Shown: positions 49,186 through 59,586 of the stretch, piece by piece
Layout of the letters: every line of letters starts with the position of its first letter
Position numbering within the stretch: position 1 is the stretch's first letter
NCBI GenBank assembly: GCA_035547515.1
Contig: DASZUS010000045.1
Coordinates: forward strand, 171,291 to 235,290
Length of the DNA: 64,000 bases
Direction of reading: 5' to 3'
Source of the DNA: Mycobacteriales bacterium
Lineage (GTDB): Bacteria > Actinomycetota > Actinomycetes > JAFAQI01
Made by a program: the position numbers and the translations under genes
Notes under the pieces: model-generated
The model's input: only the letters and a program-made list of their open reading frames with translations
Told to the model about the DNA's origin: nothing
Databases searched by the model: none

Positions 49186-50563
49186 GACCAGCGACCCGGG
49201 CGAATCAGCCGAACGCGACGATCGCGTCGCTCCGGCGCTCGGTCACCTGCTGCGCGCGATGGCTGTCGCGTCGCGGCGCGGCGTACGCCGGCTGCGCGAG
49301 TGGAACCGTCGCGGTGGCGCCGGCGCATCGGGACTTGCCGGCCTGGTGGAGACCCATGCGCTGCAAGCGGCCGGCGACGCCACGGTCACGGTCGCGCTCG
49401 CCGGATCGCTGTTCTTCTCGGTCCCGACGCACGAGGCCCGCAGCCGAGTTGCGCTCTACCTGCTGATCACGATGGCGCCGTTCGCCGTCGTCGCGCCGGT
49501 GCTGGGCCCGATCCTCGATCGGCTCCGGCACGGGCGCCGGCTCGCACTCGCCGCGACGATGATCGCCCGCGCCGTCCTCGCGATCACCATCGCGCACAGC
49601 CTCGGCTCGCACGGCCACACGTCGGTGACCCAAGCCCTGACGCTCTACCCGGCAGCGCTCGGAGTGCTGGTCGCCGGCAAGGCCTATGGCGTGAGTCGCA
49701 GCGCGGTCGTTCCGAGGCTGCTGCCCCCCGACATGACGCTGGTGCAGGCGAACTCCCGACTGTCGCTTGCCGGAGTCGTCGCGCCGAGCGTGGCCGGCTC
49801 GCTTGCGGCCGCGGTGATCAAGACCCTCGGCCATCACGTCGAGCTCGAGCTCGGCGCGGTGATCTACATCGTGGCCGCCGTCACGGCGTTCCGGCTTCCC
49901 CGGAAGGTCGACGGCGGCGGGAAGGCGCGCCGCTCGGGGCTGCCCCGCTCGGCGCTTCGGATGAACGGCGAGATCCGGGCGGCGCTGCGTACGGCGGCGG
50001 CACTGCGCTGGCTGTCCGGCGTACTGCTGCTCTTCGGCGCCTTCGTCGTGCGGGTCCATCCGATCGGTGGGCTGTCCGCCAACATCAGCCTCGGCGAGCT
50101 CGCCCTCGGGATCGGGGCCGGCAACGTCCTGGGAACGGTGGTCGGCTCGCGCACGGCGAGCGCGGCCGGTGCCCGGCTGTCTGCCGCGCTGCTCACGGTC
50201 ACGATCGCGACGTGTGTTTACGCGGCGCTCGCGTTCGGCGTCGTCTCGGTGTTCGCCGTCGCCGCGATCGCGTCTGCGGCAGCGGCGGTGTCCAAGCTGG
50301 CGCTGGACGCGACCATCCAGCGCACCGTCGGCGAGGACGTCCGCACCTCGACGTTCGCGCGGTCGGAGACCGTTCTGCAGCTGTCGTGGGTCGTCGGCGG
50401 CGCGCTCGGCATCGTCATCCCGACCAAGCCGATCGCGGGGTTCGGCGTTGCGGCGGTCGTGCTTGCCGTGGCGCTCGCTGCCGCGATCACCCGGCCGGGC
50501 AGCCGCGACCGCTCGCCGCAGACGCCGTCAGACGAGCCACAGACGTCGGGCAGTCGCGTCTAG
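49184..50563 (+). CDS. MFS-type membrane transporter
   Basis: 459 aa, 12 TM. Confidence 0.8.
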   Translation: MTSDPGESAERDDRVAPALGHLLRAMAVASRRGVRRLREWNRRGGAGASGLAGLVETHALQAAGDATVTVALAGSLFFSVPTHEARSRVALYLLITMAPFAVVAPVLGPILDRLRHGRRLALAATMIARAVLAITIAHSLGSHGHTSVTQALTLYPAALGVLVAGKAYGVSRSAVVPRLLPPDMTLVQANSRLSLAGVVAPSVAGSLAAAVIKTLGHHVELELGAVIYIVAAVTAFRLPRKVDGGGKARRSGLPRSALRMNGEIRAALRTAAALRWLSGVLLLFGAFVVRVHPIGGLSANISLGELALGIGAGNVLGTVVGSRTASAAGARLSAALLTVTIATCVYAALAFGVVSVFAVAAIASAAAAVSKLALDATIQRTVGEDVRTSTFARSETVLQLSWVVGGALGIVIPTKPIAGFGVAAVVLAVALAAAITRPGSRDRSPQTPSDEPQTSGSRV

Positions 50564-50567
50564 CGCG

Positions 50568-50954
50568 TCAGCCTTCGAGCTCGGCCGCGATCGCGCGCAT
50601 CATCTGCGCGAGGCGCGAACCGGTCTGGCGATCCGGGTAACGCCCACGCCGCAGGTCCGGTTGCACCTTCGCCTCGAACAGCTTGATCAGGTCGTCGACC
50701 AGACCGTGCAGCTCCTCGGCCGGGCGGCGGGTCGCGGCAGCCACCGACGGCAGCGGGTCGAGGACCCGCACCGACAGCGCCTGCTCGCCGCGGCGGCCCT
50801 CTGCGACACCGAACTCGACACGGGCGCCGGGCTTGAGCGTCGTCGCATCCGGCAACGACGAGGCGTGGACGTAAACGTCACTGCCGCCGTCGTCACGGGA
50901 CAGGAACCCGAACCCCTTGTCCGTGTCGAACCACTTCACCTTGCCCGTGGGCAC
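50568..50954 (-). CDS. Cold-shock protein (CspA family, long C-terminal extension)
   Basis: GTG start then [18 protein letters not shown]; RNP motifs present. Confidence 0.9.
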   Translation of the reverse strand: MPTGKVKWFDTDKGFGFLSRDDGGSDVYVHASSLPDATTLKPGARVEFGVAEGRRGEQALSVRVLDPLPSVAAATRRPAEELHGLVDDLIKLFEAKVQPDLRRGRYPDRQTGSRLAQMMRAIAAELEG

Positions 50955-51031
50955 CGCAGACCTTCTTCGCTCGCAGAATTGCCGCATCCGATCGTTGCGG
51001 CCCGGACAAGGCTATCGGGATCCGGAACCGA

Positions 51032-51841
51032 TTATTTCCCCAGCGCTTCGTTCATCGAACCCGATCGGAAGCCCCGCGGATCCACCTCGACCGCTGCGAA
51101 GCCGGCAACGGCGGAGAGCAGGTCGCCGCGATCTGCCAGCGCACCGACGAGCTCCGCGTCGACCTCGACGCGTGCGACCTCGCCGAGATCGCGGACCCGG
51201 AGGTTGCGTACGCCGAGGCCGGCCTCGGTCATCGCCGCGCGCAGCCCCGCCTCGGCGCGCTCGACCCTGGCAAGCCGGTACGGCGAGACCTCGATGCCGT
51301 AGGCGATCCGGCTCGACAGGCACGCTGCGGCGGGCTTGTCCCAGGTCCGGAGCCCCCACTCGCGGCTGAGCTCGCGGATCTCAGCCTTGGTCAGCCCGGC
51401 ATCGAGCAGCGGCGTGACCGCCCCCCGCTCGGCGGCTGCACGGATGCCCGGCCGGAACCCGGCCACCGCATCCTCGGCGTTGGTGCCGGTCGCGACCTGG
51501 GCGAGGCCCAGCGAGCCGGCGAGCGGCCTCAGCACGTCGAGGAGCTCGGACTTGCAGAAGAAGCAGCGGTCCGGGCCGTTGGCGCGGTAGCCCTCGCGGG
51601 CCATCTCGTCGGTGACGGGCGTGAGGTGCCGTACGCCGAGACCGGCCGCAAAGGAGCGCGCCCCGTCGAGCTCGCGGGCCGGCAGGCTGGCTGACACCGC
51701 GGTCGCCGCGGCCACGTTGTCGGCGCCAAGGGCGCGGACCGCCGCGGCCAGCAGGAACGCCGAGTCCGCCCCGCCGCTGAACGCGACCAGCACCGAGCCG
51801 AGCTCAGCGAGCCGAGTGTTCAGCGCGCTGAGCGAACCCAC
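51032..51841 (-). CDS. larE: PP-loop ATP pyrophosphatase, LarE-like sulfur transferase family
   Basis: PP-loop SGGADS and conserved Cys (CFFCKS). Confidence 0.75.
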   Translation of the reverse strand: MGSLSALNTRLAELGSVLVAFSGGADSAFLLAAAVRALGADNVAAATAVSASLPARELDGARSFAAGLGVRHLTPVTDEMAREGYRANGPDRCFFCKSELLDVLRPLAGSLGLAQVATGTNAEDAVAGFRPGIRAAAERGAVTPLLDAGLTKAEIRELSREWGLRTWDKPAAACLSSRIAYGIEVSPYRLARVERAEAGLRAAMTEAGLGVRNLRVRDLGEVARVEVDAELVGALADRGDLLSAVAGFAAVEVDPRGFRSGSMNEALGK

Positions 51842-51885
51842 GCTGCGAGGCTACCGAGCCACGATTCGAGGACGAGCTCGAAGCG

Positions 51886-53889
51886 CTAGCTCAGAGCAGC
51901 GACGAGGGCCGCGCCCTTCGGCGTCCCGAGACCTGTGGAGTCGTCGTAGCCGCGCCGGGCGTGCAACGTGCCGAGGTTGCCCAGTAGCCGCAGGGTGTCG
52001 TTGACCTTCGACTTCGGGTTGTCGGTCGCGGTGTAGTCGGGCCGGACGTTTGCCAGGGTCGACTCGCCATGCGCGCGACGTACCGCGATCGGGTCGTTGA
52101 ACAGCTTCTTGCGGCCCGCGGCCGTGCTTGCCTTCGCGTACAGCGTGGGGTTGATCAGCCCGAGCCCGTGGCCCGTCTTCCCGACCGCGAGCGCGACCAG
52201 CGCGGAGAACAGCGGGCAGGACAGGCTCGTGCCGCCGATGCGGAACTGGCCGTAGTGGTCGGTGCCGTCCGCGTAGTGCTGGGTCAGCCCGATGGCGAGC
52301 CCGGTGGTCGAGTCCGCATCCATCGACACGTCCGGCTCGACCCGGCCGGGACGCGCCAGCCCGCCGTACGTCGCTTCGCTGTCCGGGACGATGCCCTTCT
52401 GCCAGGACGGCTCGGCATAGGCGGTGCTCACCCCGCCACCGCCGCCGCCGTTGAAGATCTTGCCCTTGAGGTCCCAGCGGCCCTTCTTGAGCGGAGCCTT
52501 CCAGGTGCCCCAGTACGTCTCCGCCACGCGCTGGCCGTGCTTCCCGACCTCGAGCGTCGTGCCACCGACGGCGGTCACGCCAGGACTGGTCGCCGGGAAG
52601 TCCGCGAGGCGCTTGCCGTCCGACGCGACCTGGTCTCCGGAGTCGCCGCTGGAGAAGTCGACCGTGATGCCCTCGGCGGCAGCCTCGTTGGTGATGGTGT
52701 TGAGGATCAGGGTGTCGCCCGGCGTGGGCGCATCGCTCGCGCCGCCCCACGAGTTGCTGACCACCTGGACCTTGTCGCTCTCGACCGCCTGGCTGAGAGC
52801 GACGAGCAGCGGCTCGAGTCCGACCTCGAACGGCCCGACGTTGAGACCGAAGCCATTCAGCGCCGAGTAGTAGATGATCTTCGCGCCAGGCGCGATCCCG
52901 TGCACCGCCTCGACGTCGAGCGACTCCTCTTCCTGCCAGCCCTGGCCGTCGAGGATCGGCAGTACGACGTCCACCTCGGGCAGGCTCGACATCCCCGGCA
53001 GGGTCACCTGGTCGAGCTGGCCGGGCGCGAGCGCCGGGATGCCCTGGCGGCGCGACCACTCGTTGACGTCCTGGGTGATCGTCGGCGATGCGAACGCGTC
53101 GACCACCCCGACCGTCGCTCCCTTGCCGGTCAGCGGTACGCGGCTGAGCCCGTACGCCGAACGGATCTGCGCCATCGTGTAGCCACAGATCGCGTAGGCC
53201 TGGTGCTTGCCGTCGTACGCCGGCTGCCTCCTGTCGACCTTCTGCCCGAAGTAGCGCGAGCAGGGCCGGGCGTTGATGAAGGCGGGCGCCGGGCTCGCAT
53301 TGGACACCGCGGGGTTCTGCGCGAGGCCCACCACGGTCGAGACCACCGACCGCAGCGCGGCGGGCATCGTCGGCTGCGACAGTGGCGCGCGCAGCAGCTG
53401 ACCGGCGACGTCGAACAGGCCGAAGCTGGTGTGGAACAGCTCGGCCACAAGTGACGAGGCCGCGTGCGCGGTGATCAAGCCGCGGGCAGCGGTCGTGCCG
53501 TCGATCGTGAAGCCCTCCTGCCGCAGCCAGCTGCGCGCCGCCGCGGCTTCAGCGGCGGTGGGCGCGAAGCGCTTCTCGTACTCCGCTCGGGTCAGGAAGT
53601 GCCGGTACGACGGCGACGCCGGGTTGCTCACCGCCGCGTCGAACCGCTCGAGCTCGGCGGTGTTGCGACCCTTCAGCGCAAGGGTGATCTGCACCGGCGT
53701 GCGTGCCGGCTCGAGCACCTTGGGCGCCACCCCGGCCGCCCACGACGGGATCGCGTCGATCAGCCCGACGAGGCTGCGCACGGTCTGCGGACTCGAGGCA
53801 GCGGCAACGGCGGGGGCACCCGCCGCGGCGACCGCCATCACGGCGGAGACGGCAACGAGGCGAGCACTTCTGGACTTCATCGGACTCAT
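51886..53889 (-). CDS. Secreted S53 (sedolisin/kumamolisin-like) peptidase with pro-domain
   Basis: Signal peptide; N-terminal pro-kumamolisin activation region; catalytic GGTSLSCP serine motif. Confidence 0.82.
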   Translation of the reverse strand: MSPMKSRSARLVAVSAVMAVAAAGAPAVAAASSPQTVRSLVGLIDAIPSWAAGVAPKVLEPARTPVQITLALKGRNTAELERFDAAVSNPASPSYRHFLTRAEYEKRFAPTAAEAAAARSWLRQEGFTIDGTTAARGLITAHAASSLVAELFHTSFGLFDVAGQLLRAPLSQPTMPAALRSVVSTVVGLAQNPAVSNASPAPAFINARPCSRYFGQKVDRRQPAYDGKHQAYAICGYTMAQIRSAYGLSRVPLTGKGATVGVVDAFASPTITQDVNEWSRRQGIPALAPGQLDQVTLPGMSSLPEVDVVLPILDGQGWQEEESLDVEAVHGIAPGAKIIYYSALNGFGLNVGPFEVGLEPLLVALSQAVESDKVQVVSNSWGGASDAPTPGDTLILNTITNEAAAEGITVDFSSGDSGDQVASDGKRLADFPATSPGVTAVGGTTLEVGKHGQRVAETYWGTWKAPLKKGRWDLKGKIFNGGGGGGVSTAYAEPSWQKGIVPDSEATYGGLARPGRVEPDVSMDADSTTGLAIGLTQHYADGTDHYGQFRIGGTSLSCPLFSALVALAVGKTGHGLGLINPTLYAKASTAAGRKKLFNDPIAVRRAHGESTLANVRPDYTATDNPKSKVNDTLRLLGNLGTLHARRGYDDSTGLGTPKGAALVAALS

Positions 53890-53927
53890 TTCGCTGGGAG
53901 GTCGGTCCATCCTGCACGTGAAACGAC

Positions 53928-53962
53928 GAAAGGGACCAGCCCGCAACGGGCTGGTCCCTTTC
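53928..53962 (-). terminator. Rho-independent terminator of groEL (11-bp GC stem GGGACCAGCCC/GGGCTGGTCCC followed by a T-rich run on the minus strand)
   Basis: Perfect hairpin read directly, 40 nt downstream of the groEL stop. Confidence 0.6.
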
Positions 53963-54002
53963 GGGTCGAATCAGGACGCCTCGCGTCCTGTCGCGGGAGC
54001 TC

Positions 54003-55757
<1,755 letters not shown>

Positions 55758-55884
55758 CGGATCGACGCATCCAAACCGCCGGATCTGCTCCGGCCGCGCG
55801 ACTCGCCGGCCGAGCGTGCCTTGCGAGGGGGGTAGATGTTTTCGGGCAGCGTCGTTTATTGTGTGCGAGCGCGTCTAGCCGGGC

Positions 55885-56075
55885 GCGCGTCGCATTCACA
55901 CCGCCGAACCCGTCCGGTGAATGCGTTGCCCTTCAATCCCAGATGGACGGGGCCGGGGACCCACAGAGTTCCTACAAGCAGAGTTCTTACCCAGCTTTCG
56001 GAGTCCTACTCCTTGGGGTGAAGCCAGCGCTTGCGCTGGCCGGGTGATCCACTCATCCGAACCCGACAGCTAACT
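55885..56075 (+). promoter_or_regulatory. Candidate cyclic-di-AMP (ydaO/kimA-type) riboswitch in the 5' leader of an NlpC/P60 hydrolase gene
   Basis: About 190-nt structured leader with pseudo-symmetric halves (CCGAACCCG twice; GGTGAATGC / GGGTGAAGCC / GGGTGATCC; GGGGACCCA; 3' CCGAACCCGACAGCTAACTCGG). Classic genomic context for ydaO in actinobacteria. Confidence 0.5.
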
Positions 56076-56099
56076 CGGCAGGCGTCCGGAGTGGACTTC

Positions 56100-56822
56100 A
56101 TGCTGCCTGCGCGCCCTCACACGCTGCTTCGATCCGCATTCCTCACCCTGCTCACCGCCGGGTTGGTCGCCTCCGCGACCGGGACTGCGCTCGCCGAGAC
56201 ATCGCCGAGCCCGACCCCACTTCCGGCCGGATCCGTTCCGGCCGGCTCGGCACCGACCGACCCGGGTACCAGCGGTACGACGCCGGCCACCCCGGCCGAC
56301 CCGACGACCCCGGCCAGCCCGAGCGGGCCGTCGGTGCCGACCGCGAGCCAGCCGCTCATCACCTTCACGCTGCCCCAGGCGAGTGCGCACCTGCGCTACG
56401 AGCACGAGCGGCTGCGCCGGCGCGAGTGGCGCCAGCGTGCCGTGCGCGCCGTGCTGGCGGAGGCCCGCAAGCAAGCCGGCAAGCCGTACGTGTACGGCGC
56501 CGACGGGCCGCGCTCGTTCGACTGCTCTGGACTGGTTCGCTACGTCTTCGGGCACGCGATCGGCAAGTGGCTGCCGCACAACGCCGCCGCGCAGTACTCG
56601 GTGATCAAGCACATCAAGCGCCGCGACCTCGAGCCCGGCGACCTGGTATTCCAGGCCGCCGGCGGCTACCCGTTCCACGTCGGGATCTACGCCGGTCACG
56701 ACAAGTGGTGGCACGCGCCGCACACGGGGGCCGTCGTGCACAAGCAGACGATCTACTCCGGCCACCTGGTCTACGGCCGGGTGCTCACCACCAGGCTCGC
56801 GACGCTGCGCACCCGCCGCTAG
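56100..56822 (+). CDS. Secreted NlpC/P60 family peptidoglycan hydrolase with Pro/Thr-rich linker
   Basis: GGAG RBS then ATG 56100; signal peptide; C-terminal NlpC/P60 core (YVYGADGPRSFDCSGLVRYVF...H). Confidence 0.85.
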   Translation: MLPARPHTLLRSAFLTLLTAGLVASATGTALAETSPSPTPLPAGSVPAGSAPTDPGTSGTTPATPADPTTPASPSGPSVPTASQPLITFTLPQASAHLRYEHERLRRREWRQRAVRAVLAEARKQAGKPYVYGADGPRSFDCSGLVRYVFGHAIGKWLPHNAAAQYSVIKHIKRRDLEPGDLVFQAAGGYPFHVGIYAGHDKWWHAPHTGAVVHKQTIYSGHLVYGRVLTTRLATLRTRR

Positions 56823-57724
56823 GCGGCCGCGGCGGCGCTGACCTCGAGCAGGCGGCGTACGGCGGACACGACGTAGGCCGGGTCCTGCGTCACGTCGAAC
56901 CACGTCACGACCGCGAGCCGCCATCCTTCCGAGGTGATCGCCGCCCAGCGCCGGCGGTCGCCGCGAAACGGGTCGCGGGAGTTGCGGTAGGCATAACCGT
57001 CGCACTCGAGCACCGCGCGGACCTCCGGCCACGCGAAGTCGACGAAGCCGACCCACCCGGTCGCGCGGCTCTTCAGCGAGAGCTGAGTGACCGGCACCGG
57101 CAACCCGCTGCGCCACAGCAGGACGCGAGTGAGCGACTCGAGGACGCAGCCGCTCCACGGGTCGACCAGGCCGGCCACGGTCTGCGCCCGCAGGCGGCCG
57201 GGGCCCCTCGCCGCCCGAGCGACCGCGGCGAAGTCGGCGTCGGTGAAGTGGTGCTGCCGGATGAAGGCGTCGACCACCGCGACCGCTTGATCGGCCGGCG
57301 AGTGCCGCGCGATGTCGAGACAGGTCCGCAGAGGAGTGGTGACCAGTGCTCCGTCGACGAGCTCGACGTCGGTACGCGCGAGGTCGGCACGGTGCAGGCG
57401 TACCCCCGGCAGGGCCTCGGCGAGACCGCCGCGGGCTCGCGGGACGGTCAGGTGGATCTGGCTCAGCGGAGCGGGAAGCTCGACGCCCCACCACGCGGCG
57501 GCTGACTCGAAGCTGATCGCGGCGTACCAGTCCTTGGCGATCCGCCGCGGGTCGGGCAGCGGCTCGCCGATCGCATAGACGCCGCGCGCGATCCTGGCGA
57601 CCGACCCGCGGCTGACCAGGTCGCCGAGCGCCCGTGGGCTGATGCCTGTTGCCAGCACCTGCGAGCGGGTCAGCACCCCGCGGTTGTCGACGGCGATCGG
57701 GGCAAGAAGGGTGAGCGGATCCAC
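56819..57724 (-). CDS. DUF559 (Vsr-like endonuclease fold) protein with AbiEi-like N-terminal domain
   Basis: GTG start at 57724; N-terminal RGVLTRSQVLATGISPRALGDLVSRGSVARIARGVYAIG; C-terminal DUF559-like region. Confidence 0.65.
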   Translation of the reverse strand: MDPLTLLAPIAVDNRGVLTRSQVLATGISPRALGDLVSRGSVARIARGVYAIGEPLPDPRRIAKDWYAAISFESAAAWWGVELPAPLSQIHLTVPRARGGLAEALPGVRLHRADLARTDVELVDGALVTTPLRTCLDIARHSPADQAVAVVDAFIRQHHFTDADFAAVARAARGPGRLRAQTVAGLVDPWSGCVLESLTRVLLWRSGLPVPVTQLSLKSRATGWVGFVDFAWPEVRAVLECDGYAYRNSRDPFRGDRRRWAAITSEGWRLAVVTWFDVTQDPAYVVSAVRRLLEVSAAAAA

Positions 57725-57763
57725 CCCGCCACCGTCGAGCCTCCGGCAGCTGCTGCCCACCCC

Positions 57764-57799
57764 GAGATCGGTACCTGTGGAAACTCCACAGGTACCGAT
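57764..57799. terminator. Perfect 15/16-bp palindromic hairpin (GATCGGTACCTGTGG-AAACT-CCACAGGTACCGATC) downstream of the ThiS-like gene
   Basis: Read directly; lies between the ThiS-like stop (57804) and the DUF559 start (57724); no U-tract. Confidence 0.5.
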
Positions 57800-57803
57800 C
57801 GCG

Positions 57804-58079
57804 CTAGCCGCCCGCGACCGCCGGGATGATCGAGATCGACGCGCCGTCCGGCGTCGGCGTCTGCAGGCCCTCGGCGAAGCGCACGTCGTCGTCGTTGACG
57901 TAGATGTTGACGAACCGGCGCAGCTTGCCGTCATCGTCGAGCACCCGAGCCCGGATGCCGGTGTGGTCGGCCTCGAGCGCGTCGAGCACCTCGGCGAGGG
58001 TCGCGCCCTCGGCCGTGACCTCAGCAGCACCCCCGGTCAGCGGACGCAGGATCGTGGGGACGCGGACTGTGACGCTCAT
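57804..58079 (-). CDS. ThiS/MoaD-family sulfur carrier protein (CysO/MetO-like) with C-terminal Gly-Gly
   Basis: 91 aa, beta-grasp-like, ends ...AVAGG; ATGA overlap with the upstream ThrC-like gene. Confidence 0.8.
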   Translation of the reverse strand: MSVTVRVPTILRPLTGGAAEVTAEGATLAEVLDALEADHTGIRARVLDDDGKLRRFVNIYVNDDDVRFAEGLQTPTPDGASISIIPAVAGG

Positions 58080-59326
58080 TCGTGCAATCCTGCCGCACGG
58101 AACGCATCGAGCGTCGCCGGGATCGTCGCGGTCGGCCGCGCCACCGGCTCCACCGCGTCCAGCGTCTTCAGCCCGTCCCCGGTGTTGAGGATCACGGTCT
58201 CGGCTTCGGGATCGAGCTGGCCGGACGCGAGCAGCTTGCGCAGCGTCGCGACGGTCACGCCGCCCGCCGTCTCACCGAAGATCCCGGTGGTGCGCGCGAG
58301 CAGCTGGATCCCCTCCACCACCTCGGCGTCCGTCACGTCCTCGACGGCTCCGCCGGTACGACGTACGACGTCGAGCGCGTAGGGCCCGTCCGCCGGGTTG
58401 CCGATCGCGAGCGACTTGGCGATGCCGCTGGGACGGACCGGCTGGACCACGTCGTGCCCGGCACGGAACGCCGCTGACACTGGCGAGCAGCCGGTCGACT
58501 GCGCGCCGAAGACCCGGTACGGCGAGGCGTCGGCCAGCCCGAGCTTGCCGAGCTCACGCCACGCCTTGTCGACCTTCGTCAGCAGGGAGCCGGACGCGAT
58601 CGGGATCACGACCTGCTCCGGCAGCCGCCAGCCGAGCTGCTCGGCGATCTCGTAGCCGACGGTCTTGGAGCCCTCCGCGTAGAACGGCCGGACGTTGACG
58701 TTGACGAAGGCCCAGGGCAGCTCGCCGGCGACCTCGGCGCAGAGCCGGTTGACGTCGTCGTAGGAACCTTCGACCGCAACCAGCGTGCCCCCGTAGACCG
58801 CGGTCGTGACGACCTTGCCGGCCTCGAGGTCGTGCGGGATGAACACCACCGACTTCATGCCGCATGCGGCGGCCGCCGCTGCGACCGCGTTCGCGAGGTT
58901 GCCGGTCGAGGCGCACGAGAGCACGTCGAAGCCGAGGGCGCGAGCCGCATTGGCGGCCACTCCGACCACCCGGTCCTTGAACGAGTGCGTCGGGTTGCCG
59001 CTGTCGTCTTTGACCCACAGCGACTTCATGCCGAGCTCGGCGGCGAGGTTGTCGGCGCGCACCAGGCGAGTCATGCCGACCTGCAGGTCGACGACCGGTG
59101 CGGCCGGCAGCAGCCCGGCGTAGCGCCACATGGTCTGGGGCCCAGCGGCGATCGACTCACGGGTGACCAGCCGCTGCAGGTCCTCGTCGTAGGCGATCTC
59201 CAGGGGCCCGAAACACATCTCGCAGACGTGCAACGGACCGATCTCGTACTGCGTGCCGCACTCGCGACAGACCAGGTGAGAGGCAGAACCGAACGCGGTG
59301 CGCTCGAGCACCGAGGTGTCAGACAT
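58076..59326 (-). CDS. Threonine synthase-like PLP enzyme with N-terminal Cys4 zinc ribbon (MetM-like candidate)
   Basis: Fold-type II PLP motif HSFKDR; N-terminal CRECG...CEMC; 416 aa; RBS GGAAGG; lies downstream of a SAM-I riboswitch. Confidence 0.85.
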   Translation of the reverse strand: MSDTSVLERTAFGSASHLVCRECGTQYEIGPLHVCEMCFGPLEIAYDEDLQRLVTRESIAAGPQTMWRYAGLLPAAPVVDLQVGMTRLVRADNLAAELGMKSLWVKDDSGNPTHSFKDRVVGVAANAARALGFDVLSCASTGNLANAVAAAAAACGMKSVVFIPHDLEAGKVVTTAVYGGTLVAVEGSYDDVNRLCAEVAGELPWAFVNVNVRPFYAEGSKTVGYEIAEQLGWRLPEQVVIPIASGSLLTKVDKAWRELGKLGLADASPYRVFGAQSTGCSPVSAAFRAGHDVVQPVRPSGIAKSLAIGNPADGPYALDVVRRTGGAVEDVTDAEVVEGIQLLARTTGIFGETAGGVTVATLRKLLASGQLDPEAETVILNTGDGLKTLDAVEPVARPTATIPATLDAFRAAGLHE

Positions 59327-59334
59327 CAAAGAGG

Positions 59335-59460
59335 CCTTCCGTCCTCATCTTCCCCCCGGACGGTTGCCCGGAGGCCGGATGTGGCACCTGCCCGAGACGG
59401 GTGGTTGCCGGGGCTTCAGCGGGCCGGATCCCTCTGCCCCTCTTGATGAGTGCACGACTC
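59335..59460 (-). promoter_or_regulatory. SAM-I (S-box) riboswitch in the 5' leader of the ThrC-like/ThiS-like operon
   Basis: Minus-strand RNA reads CTCATCAAGAGGGGCAGAGGGATCCGGCCCGCTGAAGCCCCGGCAACC...GGTGCCACATCCGG...GGAAGATGAGGA. This is near-identical to the S-box core CTTATCAAGAGAGGCAGAGGGACTGGCCCGATGAAGCCCGGCAACC...GGTGCTAAATCC...AGATGAGAG. Confidence 0.85.
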
Positions 59461-59586
59461 GAGAGTCGCGCGTGATCAGTGTGCCACAGGAGCGGATGGC
59501 ACATCCGCTGGTTTTTCCGAGCGCGTGGAAGATCGCTGTGCCTATCGGGGGGCGGATGGGACATCCGCTCTTCATAGTGTGGGGGC

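Noticed and set aside
56070-57494. 474-aa minus-strand ORF
   Set aside because: It overlaps the NlpC/P60 and DUF559 genes out of frame. Arg/Pro/Gly-rich shadow.
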